From positions 204,459-268,458 of IMG/VR virus record IMGVR_UViG_3300023053_000001: 64,000 nt of DNA, one strand, 5' to 3'. Every line of letters begins with the position of its first letter. The first letter of the stretch is position 1. The notes under the pieces are model-generated. The model searched no databases and was not told where the DNA came from. It was given only the letters and a program-made list of their open reading frames with translations. This DNA is from a virus (lineage: Duplodnaviria; Caudoviricetes). The translations under genes and the position numbers were made by a program. Positions 9,065 to 18,310 of this stretch are shown piece by piece.

Positions 9065-10348
9065 ATGAACAACAGAACCCTGCTGCTGGACCACGGCTCC
9101 CACATCTGCGTGAGCGCATACTCGGACAAGGATCGACTGGAGGCATTGCGCCCGGCGGTCTATGAGATCGTCCTCACCGATACCGGTGTCAAGCTGTTCA
9201 CCCTGCAGGACAAGTTCTTGGTGTCTGAACGCAAGTTCGGTGACCACAACGAATTCCGCAAAGTCCTTACCGAGGACTACGATCGCGTTGGACCGTCCGT
9301 CGGCGTTATCCTGATCGGCATCAAGGGTAGCGGTAAGACCATGCTGGCCGAAGACGTGTGCAACCACTACCTGAAGCTGGGTCTGCCGGTGTTCCGCGTC
9401 AACACCATCCTGCCGTTGAGTGTGCTGGAGCTGGTGTCGGCCGCTGCCGGTCCGGCTGTGTGGTACTTCGATGAGTTCGGTAAGGTCTACCGCGAAGACA
9501 AGGACAACAGCAACCGCGACGACCTGTTGGGCTTCTTCGGGAGCGCCTCGCGCCTGGGATCGCTCTATCTGGTCACGGCCAACCATGACAACGAACTGAG
9601 CAACTTCATGGTCCATCGCCCGGGTCGTTTTCGCTACTCCTTCAGCTTCCACACCCCGAACCTGGAGCAGCTCGACGAAGTGTTCAATCACTACATGGTC
9701 GATGAAGAGCTGCGTCCGATGCTTCGTGCCTGGGTGAGTCAGAACGATGTCAGCTACGATGTGCTGTGCAGTGTACTGCCGGTCATTCGCGGTTGCAAGA
9801 CCCGCAAGGAAGTGTACGACAAGGCGAGGATCTTCAACATCCCCAGCTTCCCGAACTTCGGCATCACGCACTTCAACACCGTGGACTCGCTGTACATGGA
9901 TCGTTCGGCCGCTGATTTCATCAACCAGTCGAGCCCCATCCTCGGTTACGTCTGGAACAAGGCTTCGGGGGAAATCGCCTACCGCATCCGCGTGAATGTC
10001 CCGACCGAAACCGGCCAGCAGATGCGCGCAGAAATGCGTCGACTGAAGTTTGTGGACTTGGAGAAATATCAGGTCCCGTCCGAATTTGCCAACGTGGCCG
10101 AGTATGGCACGGTCAAGTACGAGTTCCCGGATGAGTCTGGTCTCATGTTGACCATGTCGATGGGCTGGTCCTGCCGTAGCTTCGAGGCAGCGACTACCGC
10201 AGAACATGCGATCACTCGCATGGAGCGCATCCAGGCAACGAACGAAGGTAAGGATCTGTCCGCTGAACCGCCGGGTCCACGTGGCATGGGTACGTACAGC
10301 GAACGCCCCGGTCGTACGTTCGCCCAACACGGCGGGCAAGGCTGGTAA
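9065..10348 (+). CDS. AAA+ ATPase (427 aa)
   Basis: Walker A GIKGSGKT, Walker B VWYFDEF, sensor-1 LVTANH, R-finger region HRPGRF. Confidence 0.9.
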   Translation: MNNRTLLLDHGSHICVSAYSDKDRLEALRPAVYEIVLTDTGVKLFTLQDKFLVSERKFGDHNEFRKVLTEDYDRVGPSVGVILIGIKGSGKTMLAEDVCNHYLKLGLPVFRVNTILPLSVLELVSAAAGPAVWYFDEFGKVYREDKDNSNRDDLLGFFGSASRLGSLYLVTANHDNELSNFMVHRPGRFRYSFSFHTPNLEQLDEVFNHYMVDEELRPMLRAWVSQNDVSYDVLCSVLPVIRGCKTRKEVYDKARIFNIPSFPNFGITHFNTVDSLYMDRSAADFINQSSPILGYVWNKASGEIAYRIRVNVPTETGQQMRAEMRRLKFVDLEKYQVPSEFANVAEYGTVKYEFPDESGLMLTMSMGWSCRSFEAATTAEHAITRMERIQATNEGKDLSAEPPGPRGMGTYSERPGRTFAQHGGQGW

Positions 10349-10389
10349 GTAACTGGGCAATTCCGCCCATCTCTACAACGAGGTATCTC

Positions 10390-10953
10390 ATGAAACTGCG
10401 TCATCTGCTGTCCCTGTCTGCACTGGTGCTGGTTCTGGCCGGTTGCCCGTCCACCAATCCGCCCCCGTCTGCCGACGTCCAGGCAGCTGCATCGCAGCCG
10501 CTGGTGGACCCGACCATCCCGGACGTTCCCGACGAACCGGACGTGTTGGTCCCGCCGCCGGATTCGGCTGAGTACCTCCAGCGCCTGAACAAGTTCGAAC
10601 AGGCCTACGCGGTGCAGAACATCGATGCCTACGAGTACAGTCCGGACTTCGAGTCCAAGTACGACGGCAAGTACCCGTTCTTCCGTACGCTGGACTGCCA
10701 GATCGACAATGGGCAGACCGGGGTGTGGTGCACCTTCGAAGCACAGGAACATGAAATCACCGAAGCCGAACTGGCCACGTGGATTCCCTACCTGTCCAAC
10801 CACGACGTACTCGACCCGACCCTGCGTTGCACCACCGTCTGCCTGAACGGCCAAGGCGTGCTGGTGGGTGCGGTCCAGCCGGAAATGCTGGAATGGCGCA
10901 AGCAGTTCTGCCCGGTCGAGCCTGACCACGCCTTCTGTCGCGGTCAGTCGTAA
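10390..10953 (+). CDS. Lipoprotein (187 aa), Pro-rich linker and Cys-rich C-terminal domain
   Basis: Signal peptide with lipobox LVLAG-C; RBS gaggt. Confidence 0.8.
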   Translation: MKLRHLLSLSALVLVLAGCPSTNPPPSADVQAAASQPLVDPTIPDVPDEPDVLVPPPDSAEYLQRLNKFEQAYAVQNIDAYEYSPDFESKYDGKYPFFRTLDCQIDNGQTGVWCTFEAQEHEITEAELATWIPYLSNHDVLDPTLRCTTVCLNGQGVLVGAVQPEMLEWRKQFCPVEPDHAFCRGQS

Positions 10954-11030
10954 GTTTGCAGCCGGCCAAGGACGGCCACCCTTCTTCTTTCGATCCATCC
11001 CTACTCCTCAAACAACCAAGGATCTTTCCC

Positions 11031-11765
11031 ATGCCGTTCCATCCCAACCGTACTGGCATCGACTGCGTCGATAGTCTTATCACCGAAGTCGGTGTCTGCT
11101 TCGGTGAGCTGCGCGGCAAATTCGCCGATCGCCTGAACCTGTCGGCGGAGACCACCAGCGTCGGTGATGAACATGAGCTGACCGTCATCTATACCGCCCC
11201 CGAACAGGACCCGGTCAAAGTGGTCGTGAGGTTCACTGCGAAGGAAACTGCCAAACTGATTGGCCGTTGGGGCCTGGTGAACGCCTTCCTGATCGAGGTC
11301 GCCGGAACCGTGATCGTCGATTGGTTCTTCAACAGCCAAGACCTCCTCTTCAACTTCAACGAGGAAACGCAGCAGGCGATGGTGAACATGGATCGGCATT
11401 TGTCCAGCGTCGATGTCGATCTGACGTACGAGGAAGAAGTCCTCGACAAAACCCCCAAGACGCCGCAGGTGTTCGCAAGCCCGTCGCCGGACCCCGTCCC
11501 GCACGTCAATGTCACCATCCACCTCAACGACCAGCTGTACGGCACGGCGTCGGAAGTGGGCCAAGTCGTGGCAGTGCTGGAGAAGGCTTTGCAGGAACAT
11601 CTTGCGGCCAATCCCCATCCGATCAATCGCGAGAAGAGCCAGGTTGTTGTCAACGTGGTTCATCCCGAGAGCGGCGTCGGCGGGTCCATCGATACCTATC
11701 GCCAGATGCTCCGCGAAGGACTGATCGACATGCGCCCGTTGCGCGTGAGCCTCAACGTCCACTGA
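11031..11765 (+). CDS. Hypothetical protein (244 aa), paralog of 11841-12965
   Basis: RBS aagga; shares motifs with the next gene. Confidence 0.75.
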   Translation: MPFHPNRTGIDCVDSLITEVGVCFGELRGKFADRLNLSAETTSVGDEHELTVIYTAPEQDPVKVVVRFTAKETAKLIGRWGLVNAFLIEVAGTVIVDWFFNSQDLLFNFNEETQQAMVNMDRHLSSVDVDLTYEEEVLDKTPKTPQVFASPSPDPVPHVNVTIHLNDQLYGTASEVGQVVAVLEKALQEHLAANPHPINREKSQVVVNVVHPESGVGGSIDTYRQMLREGLIDMRPLRVSLNVH

Positions 11766-11840
11766 ACTGTAGTCGCCCACGGGCGACTGCCTTTCGCTTC
11801 CTCCTTTCCCTTTCCTCTATCGTCCAAGGATTCAATCAAC

Positions 11841-12965
11841 ATGCACCCCGTCCACATCGACAATAATTCGACCGCCATCAATGAGCTGGCCGACGTCATC
11901 AAGCGCAACTTCGCCGATGCCATGCAGCAGGGCACCTTCGAACACGATGACCTCAAGGCCGTCCTGTCGCAGATCCCCACCCACAAGACGCTCACGGTCA
12001 CCCTGACCAACGACGAGTTCGGTGTCGTGACCATCGGCATGATGGAAATGACCCATGATGCCAAGAACTACGACATCGAGAAGTTCCACATCCGTCACAA
12101 CGAAGAGCTGGTCTACAGCTACGACCGCAATGAAAGTCCGGCGGTCATCAATCTGATCAACCAGACCTGCGGCTATCCGATGCTGGCTGAGATCATCCCG
12201 TTCTTCTACGATGTGGACCTGTCGAAGAACCAGGTACCGAAACCGCCGGTTGATGTCGTGGCACTGTTCAGCGACATGCAGGCCAATGCCGTGCGCATCT
12301 TGGACATCACCGTCCAGCGCAATGGTCGCAATCCGCTGGCGCGCCAGCTGAACATCGAAGAAAGCGAGCTGTGGACCACCTTCGGCGATGGCATGTACTG
12401 GTACGAGGAGCCGGCCACCGGTGCGATCTACTACGCCGTGCTGTTCGTCCTGCCGGCTAAGCACGACGTGCCGGCCGGTAATCCGGAAAACGATCGCCTG
12501 GCGTTCTTCTTCAAGTATGTCGATCGCAAGCTGACGCTGGCCGAGATCCGTGTCAACGGTGACGACATCGCCAACGCTGCCGGCAGCTTCAGCGGCTGGA
12601 TCTTCAGCAACGAAGAGCTGGTCACCGCCTTCTACGAGCGCAGTGAAGAAATGCGTGCGGACATCGAAGGCGGCGATCCGTGGCCGGACGCCAAGCCGGT
12701 GCGCGTGACCATCGAATCCGATGACCCGCATCAGGCGGCCATGCTCACCGCGCTGTTGCGTGAAGCCATCCTGTTGCGCGACATGCGCATGACCGAGGGT
12801 CAGCGTGAGCGGATCTCGGCTGGCGGTCGTCACGGCATGGAGATCCAGGTGCCCGAGCTGTACCGCGAGATCTTCAACACCGAATACGCCCAGAAAGAGC
12901 AGACGACCTTGGACCAGGGTCTCGTCGACGTGCGGCCGCTGTTGGTGCAGATCCGCGTCAAGTAA
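11841..12965 (+). CDS. Hypothetical protein (374 aa), paralog of 11031-11765 with an extra N-terminal domain
   Basis: RBS aagga; C-terminus LDQGLVDVRPLLVQIRVK versus LREGLIDMRPLRVSLNVH. Confidence 0.75.
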   Translation: MHPVHIDNNSTAINELADVIKRNFADAMQQGTFEHDDLKAVLSQIPTHKTLTVTLTNDEFGVVTIGMMEMTHDAKNYDIEKFHIRHNEELVYSYDRNESPAVINLINQTCGYPMLAEIIPFFYDVDLSKNQVPKPPVDVVALFSDMQANAVRILDITVQRNGRNPLARQLNIEESELWTTFGDGMYWYEEPATGAIYYAVLFVLPAKHDVPAGNPENDRLAFFFKYVDRKLTLAEIRVNGDDIANAAGSFSGWIFSNEELVTAFYERSEEMRADIEGGDPWPDAKPVRVTIESDDPHQAAMLTALLREAILLRDMRMTEGQRERISAGGRHGMEIQVPELYREIFNTEYAQKEQTTLDQGLVDVRPLLVQIRVK

Positions 12966-13043
12966 TTCCCTTTGGCCAAGGATGGCCTCTCCTGCAACAC
13001 CCTCGTAACACACCTACCCTCAATCAGAGAAAACGAGACACCC

Positions 13044-13346
13044 ATGGCCAAGTCCACCAAGATCACCCGTCACCATCCGGTCAACGCACTGCTGGGCGAT
13101 GCCCTGCGCTGTGTGCGCAAGGTGCGTGAATTCCTGAAACCGAACATGGTACTCACCTACCGCGACGTGGAAAAGCTGCGCAAGGTGAGCAACGAAATCA
13201 CCAAGACCCGCAACCTGGCGATTTATCGCGCACGCCAGGCCGGGTTCACGGTGAAGGAGGTGGCTGAGATGTTCGAGTTGACCGCAGCACGGGTCAGCCA
13301 GATCATCAAGGCACACCCCCACAGCGCCTCCCGCAAGGGAGAGTGA
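13044..13346 (+). CDS. HTH DNA-binding protein (sigma70 region 4-like, 100 aa)
   Basis: C-terminal HTH pattern GFTVKEVAEMFELTAARVSQII; basic. Confidence 0.75.
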   Translation: MAKSTKITRHHPVNALLGDALRCVRKVREFLKPNMVLTYRDVEKLRKVSNEITKTRNLAIYRARQAGFTVKEVAEMFELTAARVSQIIKAHPHSASRKGE

Positions 13347-13391
13347 TCCACTGGGCCTAGGAATGGGCCCTTTACCAAAGCAGGAAATCTG

Positions 13392-13841
13392 ATGAAGAGC
13401 TACGTCTCCTACGTTGGTCCCACGAGCATGATGGCGGTCGGTAACGACCCCAGTTCGACGGGGCACGCAATCGGTCTTTACTTCACCCTCCCGGCTCCGG
13501 TCGAGGAAGGCGAAGATCCGGCACCGCCGGCCTTCTGTGGCGTGAACTACGTCCTGGGCGGTGATGGCCTGATGGTCGATGAAGTGTTGCAGAGTCTGCT
13601 GGCCAAACTGATCAGCCTGGAGGGTCCGTACATCGACCCGGCAGTGGTGCTCGGTATGGACCAGGACTTCTACGACCAACTGGCTTCGCAGGATCTGTCG
13701 GTGAGTGATGCCGGCCTGACCCGTGCGTTCTTCGGCCTGCCGACCCATGTGGTCGACGGCAAGCTGGTCTTCGATACTGAATCTGAAGCTTGGGCCGCAC
13801 TGCTCGAGAACAATCAGATCGAACTCACCCGCGCGCCGTAA
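13392..13841 (+). CDS. Hypothetical protein (149 aa, acidic)
   Basis: RBS agga; followed by a UUCG hairpin. Confidence 0.7.
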   Translation: MKSYVSYVGPTSMMAVGNDPSSTGHAIGLYFTLPAPVEEGEDPAPPAFCGVNYVLGGDGLMVDEVLQSLLAKLISLEGPYIDPAVVLGMDQDFYDQLASQDLSVSDAGLTRAFFGLPTHVVDGKLVFDTESEAWAALLENNQIELTRAP

Positions 13842-13850
13842 AGCAACACC

Positions 13851-13876
13851 GGCCCGGTTACTTCGGTAGCCGGGCC
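13851..13876 (+). terminator. Stem-loop with C(UUCG)G loop
   Basis: ggcccggttac-ttcg-gtagccgggcc. Confidence 0.6.
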
Positions 13877-13928
13877 TCCTTCCCCCATTTAGTCATTTCT
13901 CCTTTCCTCTACCTACAAGGTGACTACC

Positions 13929-14435
13929 ATGCAACTGACCATCTCCCGCCCGACCCGTTCCATTGGCCGTTTCTTCTCCAGCCTCTTCGCTCCGGAACGC
14001 GACAACCTGGTGCTGCGCAATGAGCGCCACCTGGAAGTCTCCCGTCGCCTGTACAAGTGCTCCGAGCTGGCTCACAAGCCGGTTTGGGAACTGCTGGCCA
14101 GCGATCCCCATTTCCATGCCGCCCTGCCGGTGGCTAACGTCCCGTACCTGATGCGTGTGGTCATCACCGCCGATGAGGTGCGTGCCAACTTCTACCGCTG
14201 CGAGATGGAACCGATCGGTGAGCCGGTCTACGACGTGCGCTGGCGCAACAATGGCGAGCTGGGCTTCATGGTCGGCCCCAACGACAAGGTCGAGCCGCTG
14301 GTCCGCGATCGTCGCGGCCTGTACGTGGACCTGTACGAGCCGGAGATCAGCTACCGTCGTTTCCTGACGGTGGAGGAGATCGCCCAGGTCGCCACGTTCA
14401 CCCAGTCCCAACTCCTCACCTTCGACAAGGCCTGA
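13929..14435 (+). CDS. Hypothetical protein (168 aa)
   Basis: RBS aaggt; coding-like bias. Confidence 0.7.
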   Translation: MQLTISRPTRSIGRFFSSLFAPERDNLVLRNERHLEVSRRLYKCSELAHKPVWELLASDPHFHAALPVANVPYLMRVVITADEVRANFYRCEMEPIGEPVYDVRWRNNGELGFMVGPNDKVEPLVRDRRGLYVDLYEPEISYRRFLTVEEIAQVATFTQSQLLTFDKA

Positions 14436-14438
14436 ATC

Positions 14439-15506
14439 ATGTCCAGTTCCTATATCAAGCGTCGTCCTTTCCACATTGTGGTCCGCGGTACCCGTAACGG
14501 TAAAGTTGTGGCCCGCACCCGTCTGCGCGGCTACGTCAAAGCAAGTGCCACGCGCGAGTTCGAAAGGCTGTGCCGGCTGGCGCAAAACGTGGATGCATTC
14601 AAAACCACCTCGAAGTACGGTCCGGTTCGCATCGAACTGTACGAGGGTCCGTCGTCGGCGCGTCACAACAAGCGACTGATCGCCATGGCCGGTGACTTCG
14701 GAGCGCCGAAGATCGTGGACTATCTGGGTCTGCTCCGTCCGAAGTCCGACATGCACGTTGCGGACATTCTGCCGGGTCTGGAGAATGGCGTTCTGGGCCT
14801 CGATCCGCGCAACGCTGAATTCGATGGTTCGGTGTTGGACAATATCCCGTTCTTCGAACACGGGCGCGACTTCGACGGCGATGCGTTGAACAGTGGTCAA
14901 GACGACTTCACCATCGACGTCGGTGAAATCAGTCAGGCTGAACATCGCGAAGTGATTCGCAAGATGCTCACTGAAGACCCGGAGGGCCCGGCACCGAAAC
15001 CCCGTCGCCCCCAGCCGATTCGACTGGCATCGGACTTCGAACTGGCCGCTTGGGCGGGCGCGCTCAGTGATGGCGTCAGCTCCTCGCGGAAGCAGATGTT
15101 CGCCGGACATATCGCCCAGCGTCTCGCGGTGCCGCTGACCCCGGGCGAGTTGAACGTCATTCAGGCCACGGGTCGTCAGGAACGCCAGCGCAGCTTCATC
15201 AATCACGCGCTGACTCCGTTCGGGGTCATCCTCAAGACCGTCGACGAATCCTCGGTCGATAAGGTCGACATCAACAGCGCCGAGATGCGTGACCTGATCT
15301 ACTCCCACTACGAAAAGCAGAATCCGGATGTGGAACGTGCCCGGTTCGATGATGCTTACGAAAAGTGGTTGGCTCAGCGCGACCGCGACGTGGAACTGGC
15401 AGTTACCCGCTCCCCGCTGATGCGCCCCAGTACCATGGACAAGATCCGCCACAACTGCGAAGACCCCAAAACAGTTCATCCGCTCGCGTTGATCTGGAAG
15501 GACTGA
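14439..15506 (+). CDS. Hypothetical protein (355 aa), basic N-terminal domain
   Basis: Starts 3 nt after the previous stop. Confidence 0.75.
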   Translation: MSSSYIKRRPFHIVVRGTRNGKVVARTRLRGYVKASATREFERLCRLAQNVDAFKTTSKYGPVRIELYEGPSSARHNKRLIAMAGDFGAPKIVDYLGLLRPKSDMHVADILPGLENGVLGLDPRNAEFDGSVLDNIPFFEHGRDFDGDALNSGQDDFTIDVGEISQAEHREVIRKMLTEDPEGPAPKPRRPQPIRLASDFELAAWAGALSDGVSSSRKQMFAGHIAQRLAVPLTPGELNVIQATGRQERQRSFINHALTPFGVILKTVDESSVDKVDINSAEMRDLIYSHYEKQNPDVERARFDDAYEKWLAQRDRDVELAVTRSPLMRPSTMDKIRHNCEDPKTVHPLALIWKD

Positions 15507-15517
15507 AGTAATTCACT

Positions 15518-15549
15518 GGCGGGGAGCGTAACGGCACTCCCCGTCTTTT
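15518..15549 (+). terminator. Hairpin with a large loop ending AACGGCA, then a U-tract
   Basis: ggcggggag-cgtaacggca-ctccccgtc-tttta. Confidence 0.6.
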
Positions 15550-15585
15550 ATCCACGCCGTCCCTACTGAAGAGAGTAAACTGACT

Positions 15586-16458
15586 ATGAACACCGAACAA
15601 TCGATGCACGTGAACTACACCCCGCGCAACGCTGCGATCCCCCGGACCGCTGACATGTACACCGGCAACGATGGCACCCCGTTCTACGTGGTGTTGCTCC
15701 ACGACTTCGGCCAACCGCTGGAGTATGTGGACGACTTCGCCATCCGGCTGGAACAGCTGCGTGAAATGACTCGTGGCCTGGAAGGGAAACTGTACTACCA
15801 CGTGACCGCTCAGCTGGATGGTCAGCAGTTCTGCGTCTATGACAAAGAAAAGCACATTCTGGAAGCGCGCGACTTCAGCTACCGGACACTGATGCCCGAA
15901 AGCGTCTGGCACGTCTCCGCCTCCAAGATCATCCGCTCCGTGCTGGAGAACGGCGTGGAGCGCAAGAAGGTCTGGCAGCTGTACCAGAACCAGAGCGCCC
16001 ATCAGGTCTGGGAGTGCACCTACAACGAACATGCACGCGATCCGCTGTACCTGCGTCAGGGGAGCATCCCCGTTGATGCACAGCAGTTCCTGCGTGAAGT
16101 GTACAAGCAGGTGAACAGCAACACCAAGCTCAATAACCAAGATCGCAACATCCTGCTGTGGTCGCTGCAGTCCTGGGACCTGTTCGACGGCAACATGAAC
16201 CGTCAGTTCACCGCCGATGAAATCACCGAGCTGAGCGCACACATCGGCAAGCTGCAACACCTGCATCACGAAGCAAATCCCGTCTTCGCGCAGTGGTTGT
16301 TCGAACGACTGGACTTCCTGACACCGGCCGGTGTCGACCATTCGCTCTCCAACTGGGTCGGTGCCTACACCAAGATCCCTGACCCGGCGGGCTGGACCAC
16401 CCTCCTACGTAACGCTTACACCCGCAATCTTCCGATCGTGGGGCGTTATGTTGCCTAA
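15586..16458 (+). CDS. Hypothetical protein (290 aa), paralog of 17326-18255
   Basis: Shared N-terminal AAIP motif and a C-terminal helical block ending LDFLT. Confidence 0.75.
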   Translation: MNTEQSMHVNYTPRNAAIPRTADMYTGNDGTPFYVVLLHDFGQPLEYVDDFAIRLEQLREMTRGLEGKLYYHVTAQLDGQQFCVYDKEKHILEARDFSYRTLMPESVWHVSASKIIRSVLENGVERKKVWQLYQNQSAHQVWECTYNEHARDPLYLRQGSIPVDAQQFLREVYKQVNSNTKLNNQDRNILLWSLQSWDLFDGNMNRQFTADEITELSAHIGKLQHLHHEANPVFAQWLFERLDFLTPAGVDHSLSNWVGAYTKIPDPAGWTTLLRNAYTRNLPIVGRYVA

Positions 16459-16480
16459 ATTCCTGAGGAGGAATTCCAAA

Positions 16481-17038
16481 ATGCGCAAGACCCTCATGCC
16501 GCCACCGAGCGACTATGTTTACATCAACAACGCCACCTGTCCGAGGCGCCCCGATCGTGGGACGCAGTACCGGATCGAGTTGGCCGGTGTCGAAGCCCAG
16601 ATTCTCCATCGTGAAGGGCTGATGGTGAAGTTCCTGCGGCTGGACGACAACCATCTCCTCGACCCCCATTGGGTTGAAGGCGGGCATCCGCGCCTGGGCT
16701 ACTCGTGGGAGCAGCGCCTGCCGGACAAGGCAACGCTGGAAGCCTTCCACAAGCGCATGCAGCGCGACGTGCCCGGTCTGCACTACATGATCCTCAGCGT
16801 GGATGGGACTGTAGTGCGCCATCAGGCGTTGGCTTCTTCCCGCAACACGCTGGCCAAGAAGATCACGCTGGGCCAGATGCGGGTGGGTTACTTCGGACTG
16901 ACTTCCCTCCAGCAGAAGAACGCCATTCGTGGCGTGAATCATCTGGCCACTGATGCGATCCTGGACGTACCGCCTGGGTTGGCCGATTCGAAGGTGGTGG
17001 AACAGTACAAGCTCCCGCAGGAGAAGGCTGATGCGTAA
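16481..17038 (+). CDS. Hypothetical protein (185 aa)
   Basis: RBS gaggagg before the ATG at 16481. Confidence 0.7.
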   Translation: MRKTLMPPPSDYVYINNATCPRRPDRGTQYRIELAGVEAQILHREGLMVKFLRLDDNHLLDPHWVEGGHPRLGYSWEQRLPDKATLEAFHKRMQRDVPGLHYMILSVDGTVVRHQALASSRNTLAKKITLGQMRVGYFGLTSLQQKNAIRGVNHLATDAILDVPPGLADSKVVEQYKLPQEKADA

Positions 17039-17249
17039 GTTCCTCATCGCGGCAGCACTCATGGCCAGTCTGACGGGCTGTGTGCGCATCTTCAGCGAGG
17101 AGCAGCTCACGGCAGCCGTCGCTGATTGCAAGGCGCAGGGCGGTCAGGAGATCCTGCGTACCATCAACCGCAACCCGGCTCAGGTGGCACGGGTGGATTG
17201 CCGCGTTGGCGATCGCACCCACCGTTATCTGCCGACCAAGGAAGACTGA
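17031..17249 (+). CDS. Small lipoprotein (72 aa)
   Basis: MRKFLIAAALMASLTG-C lipobox; two further Cys; overlaps the previous stop. Confidence 0.75.
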   Translation: MRKFLIAAALMASLTGCVRIFSEEQLTAAVADCKAQGGQEILRTINRNPAQVARVDCRVGDRTHRYLPTKED

Positions 17250-17256
17250 TTCACCG

Positions 17257-17306
17257 ATGGGCAGGGAGAACAACGGCACTCCCTGCCCATTTTCACTTCT
17301 ATGCCG
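17257..17306 (+). terminator. Hairpin with AACGGCA loop, U-tract and TATGCCG
   Basis: atgggcagggag-aacaacggca-ctccctgcccat-tttcacttctatgccg. Confidence 0.6.
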
Positions 17307-17325
17307 TTCCTTCAGAGAGATTGAC

Positions 17326-18255
17326 ATGAACCACGTTAACGAATTCACCCCGGCCGCCATTCCGATGAACGCTGACGATGTGACCAACTCGATCATGCAG
17401 CTGACCGGAGACTACGGTCCCATTCCGGAATCTCCGGAACAGATGGCCGCGCTGCGCGAAGCCATCGCTGAGACGGTTGAAGATTTCGATGGCCTGATCT
17501 ACCACCTCATCAAAGGCAATCCCGTCCGTGATGGCATGATCTTCGGCCGTGCTTCGATGCACGCGGTGTACATCGCTGAAAATAAGGCGATGCGCGTAAT
17601 GCTCTCTCACATGGGGTCCTTCAACCCGGAATCGGATTGGATGGTTACCCCTGACGAGATCCACTGCCGCGTTTTCCGTGGCGATGACATCATCGCTAAG
17701 CGCTGGACGCCTTTCCGCAATCCGGACGGCTCCACGTCGTGGGAGGTGACCTACAACGAACATCCGGCACATCCCACGCACATGGGCGGTGGCCGCATGC
17801 CCAAGACGGCCGCTCATTTCCTCAAGGAATTGGCCGCACAGCTCTACAGTAATCGCGTGCTGGGTAAAATCAGGGACGAAAAGCTCAACGATCGACAGAC
17901 CCTAAGGTCTGATGTGGCTGAATACGAAATCGAGAATTACGTGTCGGCGTTGGATCAATGGCAACTCAACGGTGCAATGCAACCCCCACGCACCTTCACC
18001 GATGCGGAGATGGATCGTTTGACCAAGCTTGCTAATCGCTTGCGCTTTCTCCACAACTGCGCCGATCCGAATGCCCTGAAGACCCTGTTCGCTGAACTGG
18101 ACTTCTTGACCTGGCCGGCGACTCCCCTGCTCAGTGAACTGCTGGGTGAGTTGAACGTACCCCTGCGCGAGCGCAGCGTGCGTGCCAATAGCAGGCACAG
18201 CAACCGACTGGTACGGTCAGTGTCCTTCAACGATCACTACGGTTACCGTAGCTGA
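17326..18255 (+). CDS. Hypothetical protein (309 aa), paralog of 15586-16458
   Basis: Start after agagaga; motif similarity to 15586-16458. Confidence 0.75.
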   Translation: MNHVNEFTPAAIPMNADDVTNSIMQLTGDYGPIPESPEQMAALREAIAETVEDFDGLIYHLIKGNPVRDGMIFGRASMHAVYIAENKAMRVMLSHMGSFNPESDWMVTPDEIHCRVFRGDDIIAKRWTPFRNPDGSTSWEVTYNEHPAHPTHMGGGRMPKTAAHFLKELAAQLYSNRVLGKIRDEKLNDRQTLRSDVAEYEIENYVSALDQWQLNGAMQPPRTFTDAEMDRLTKLANRLRFLHNCADPNALKTLFAELDFLTWPATPLLSELLGELNVPLRERSVRANSRHSNRLVRSVSFNDHYGYRS

Positions 18256-18297
18256 CATAAACCCCTCCCAGCCGCAATGGCTGGGAGGGGCCCTATG
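18256..18297. terminator. Bidirectional terminator between convergent genes
   Basis: cataaa-cccctcccagcc-gcaat-ggctgggagggg-ccctatg. Confidence 0.8.
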
Positions 18298-18310
18298 CTT
18301 TTTCTTTTCG

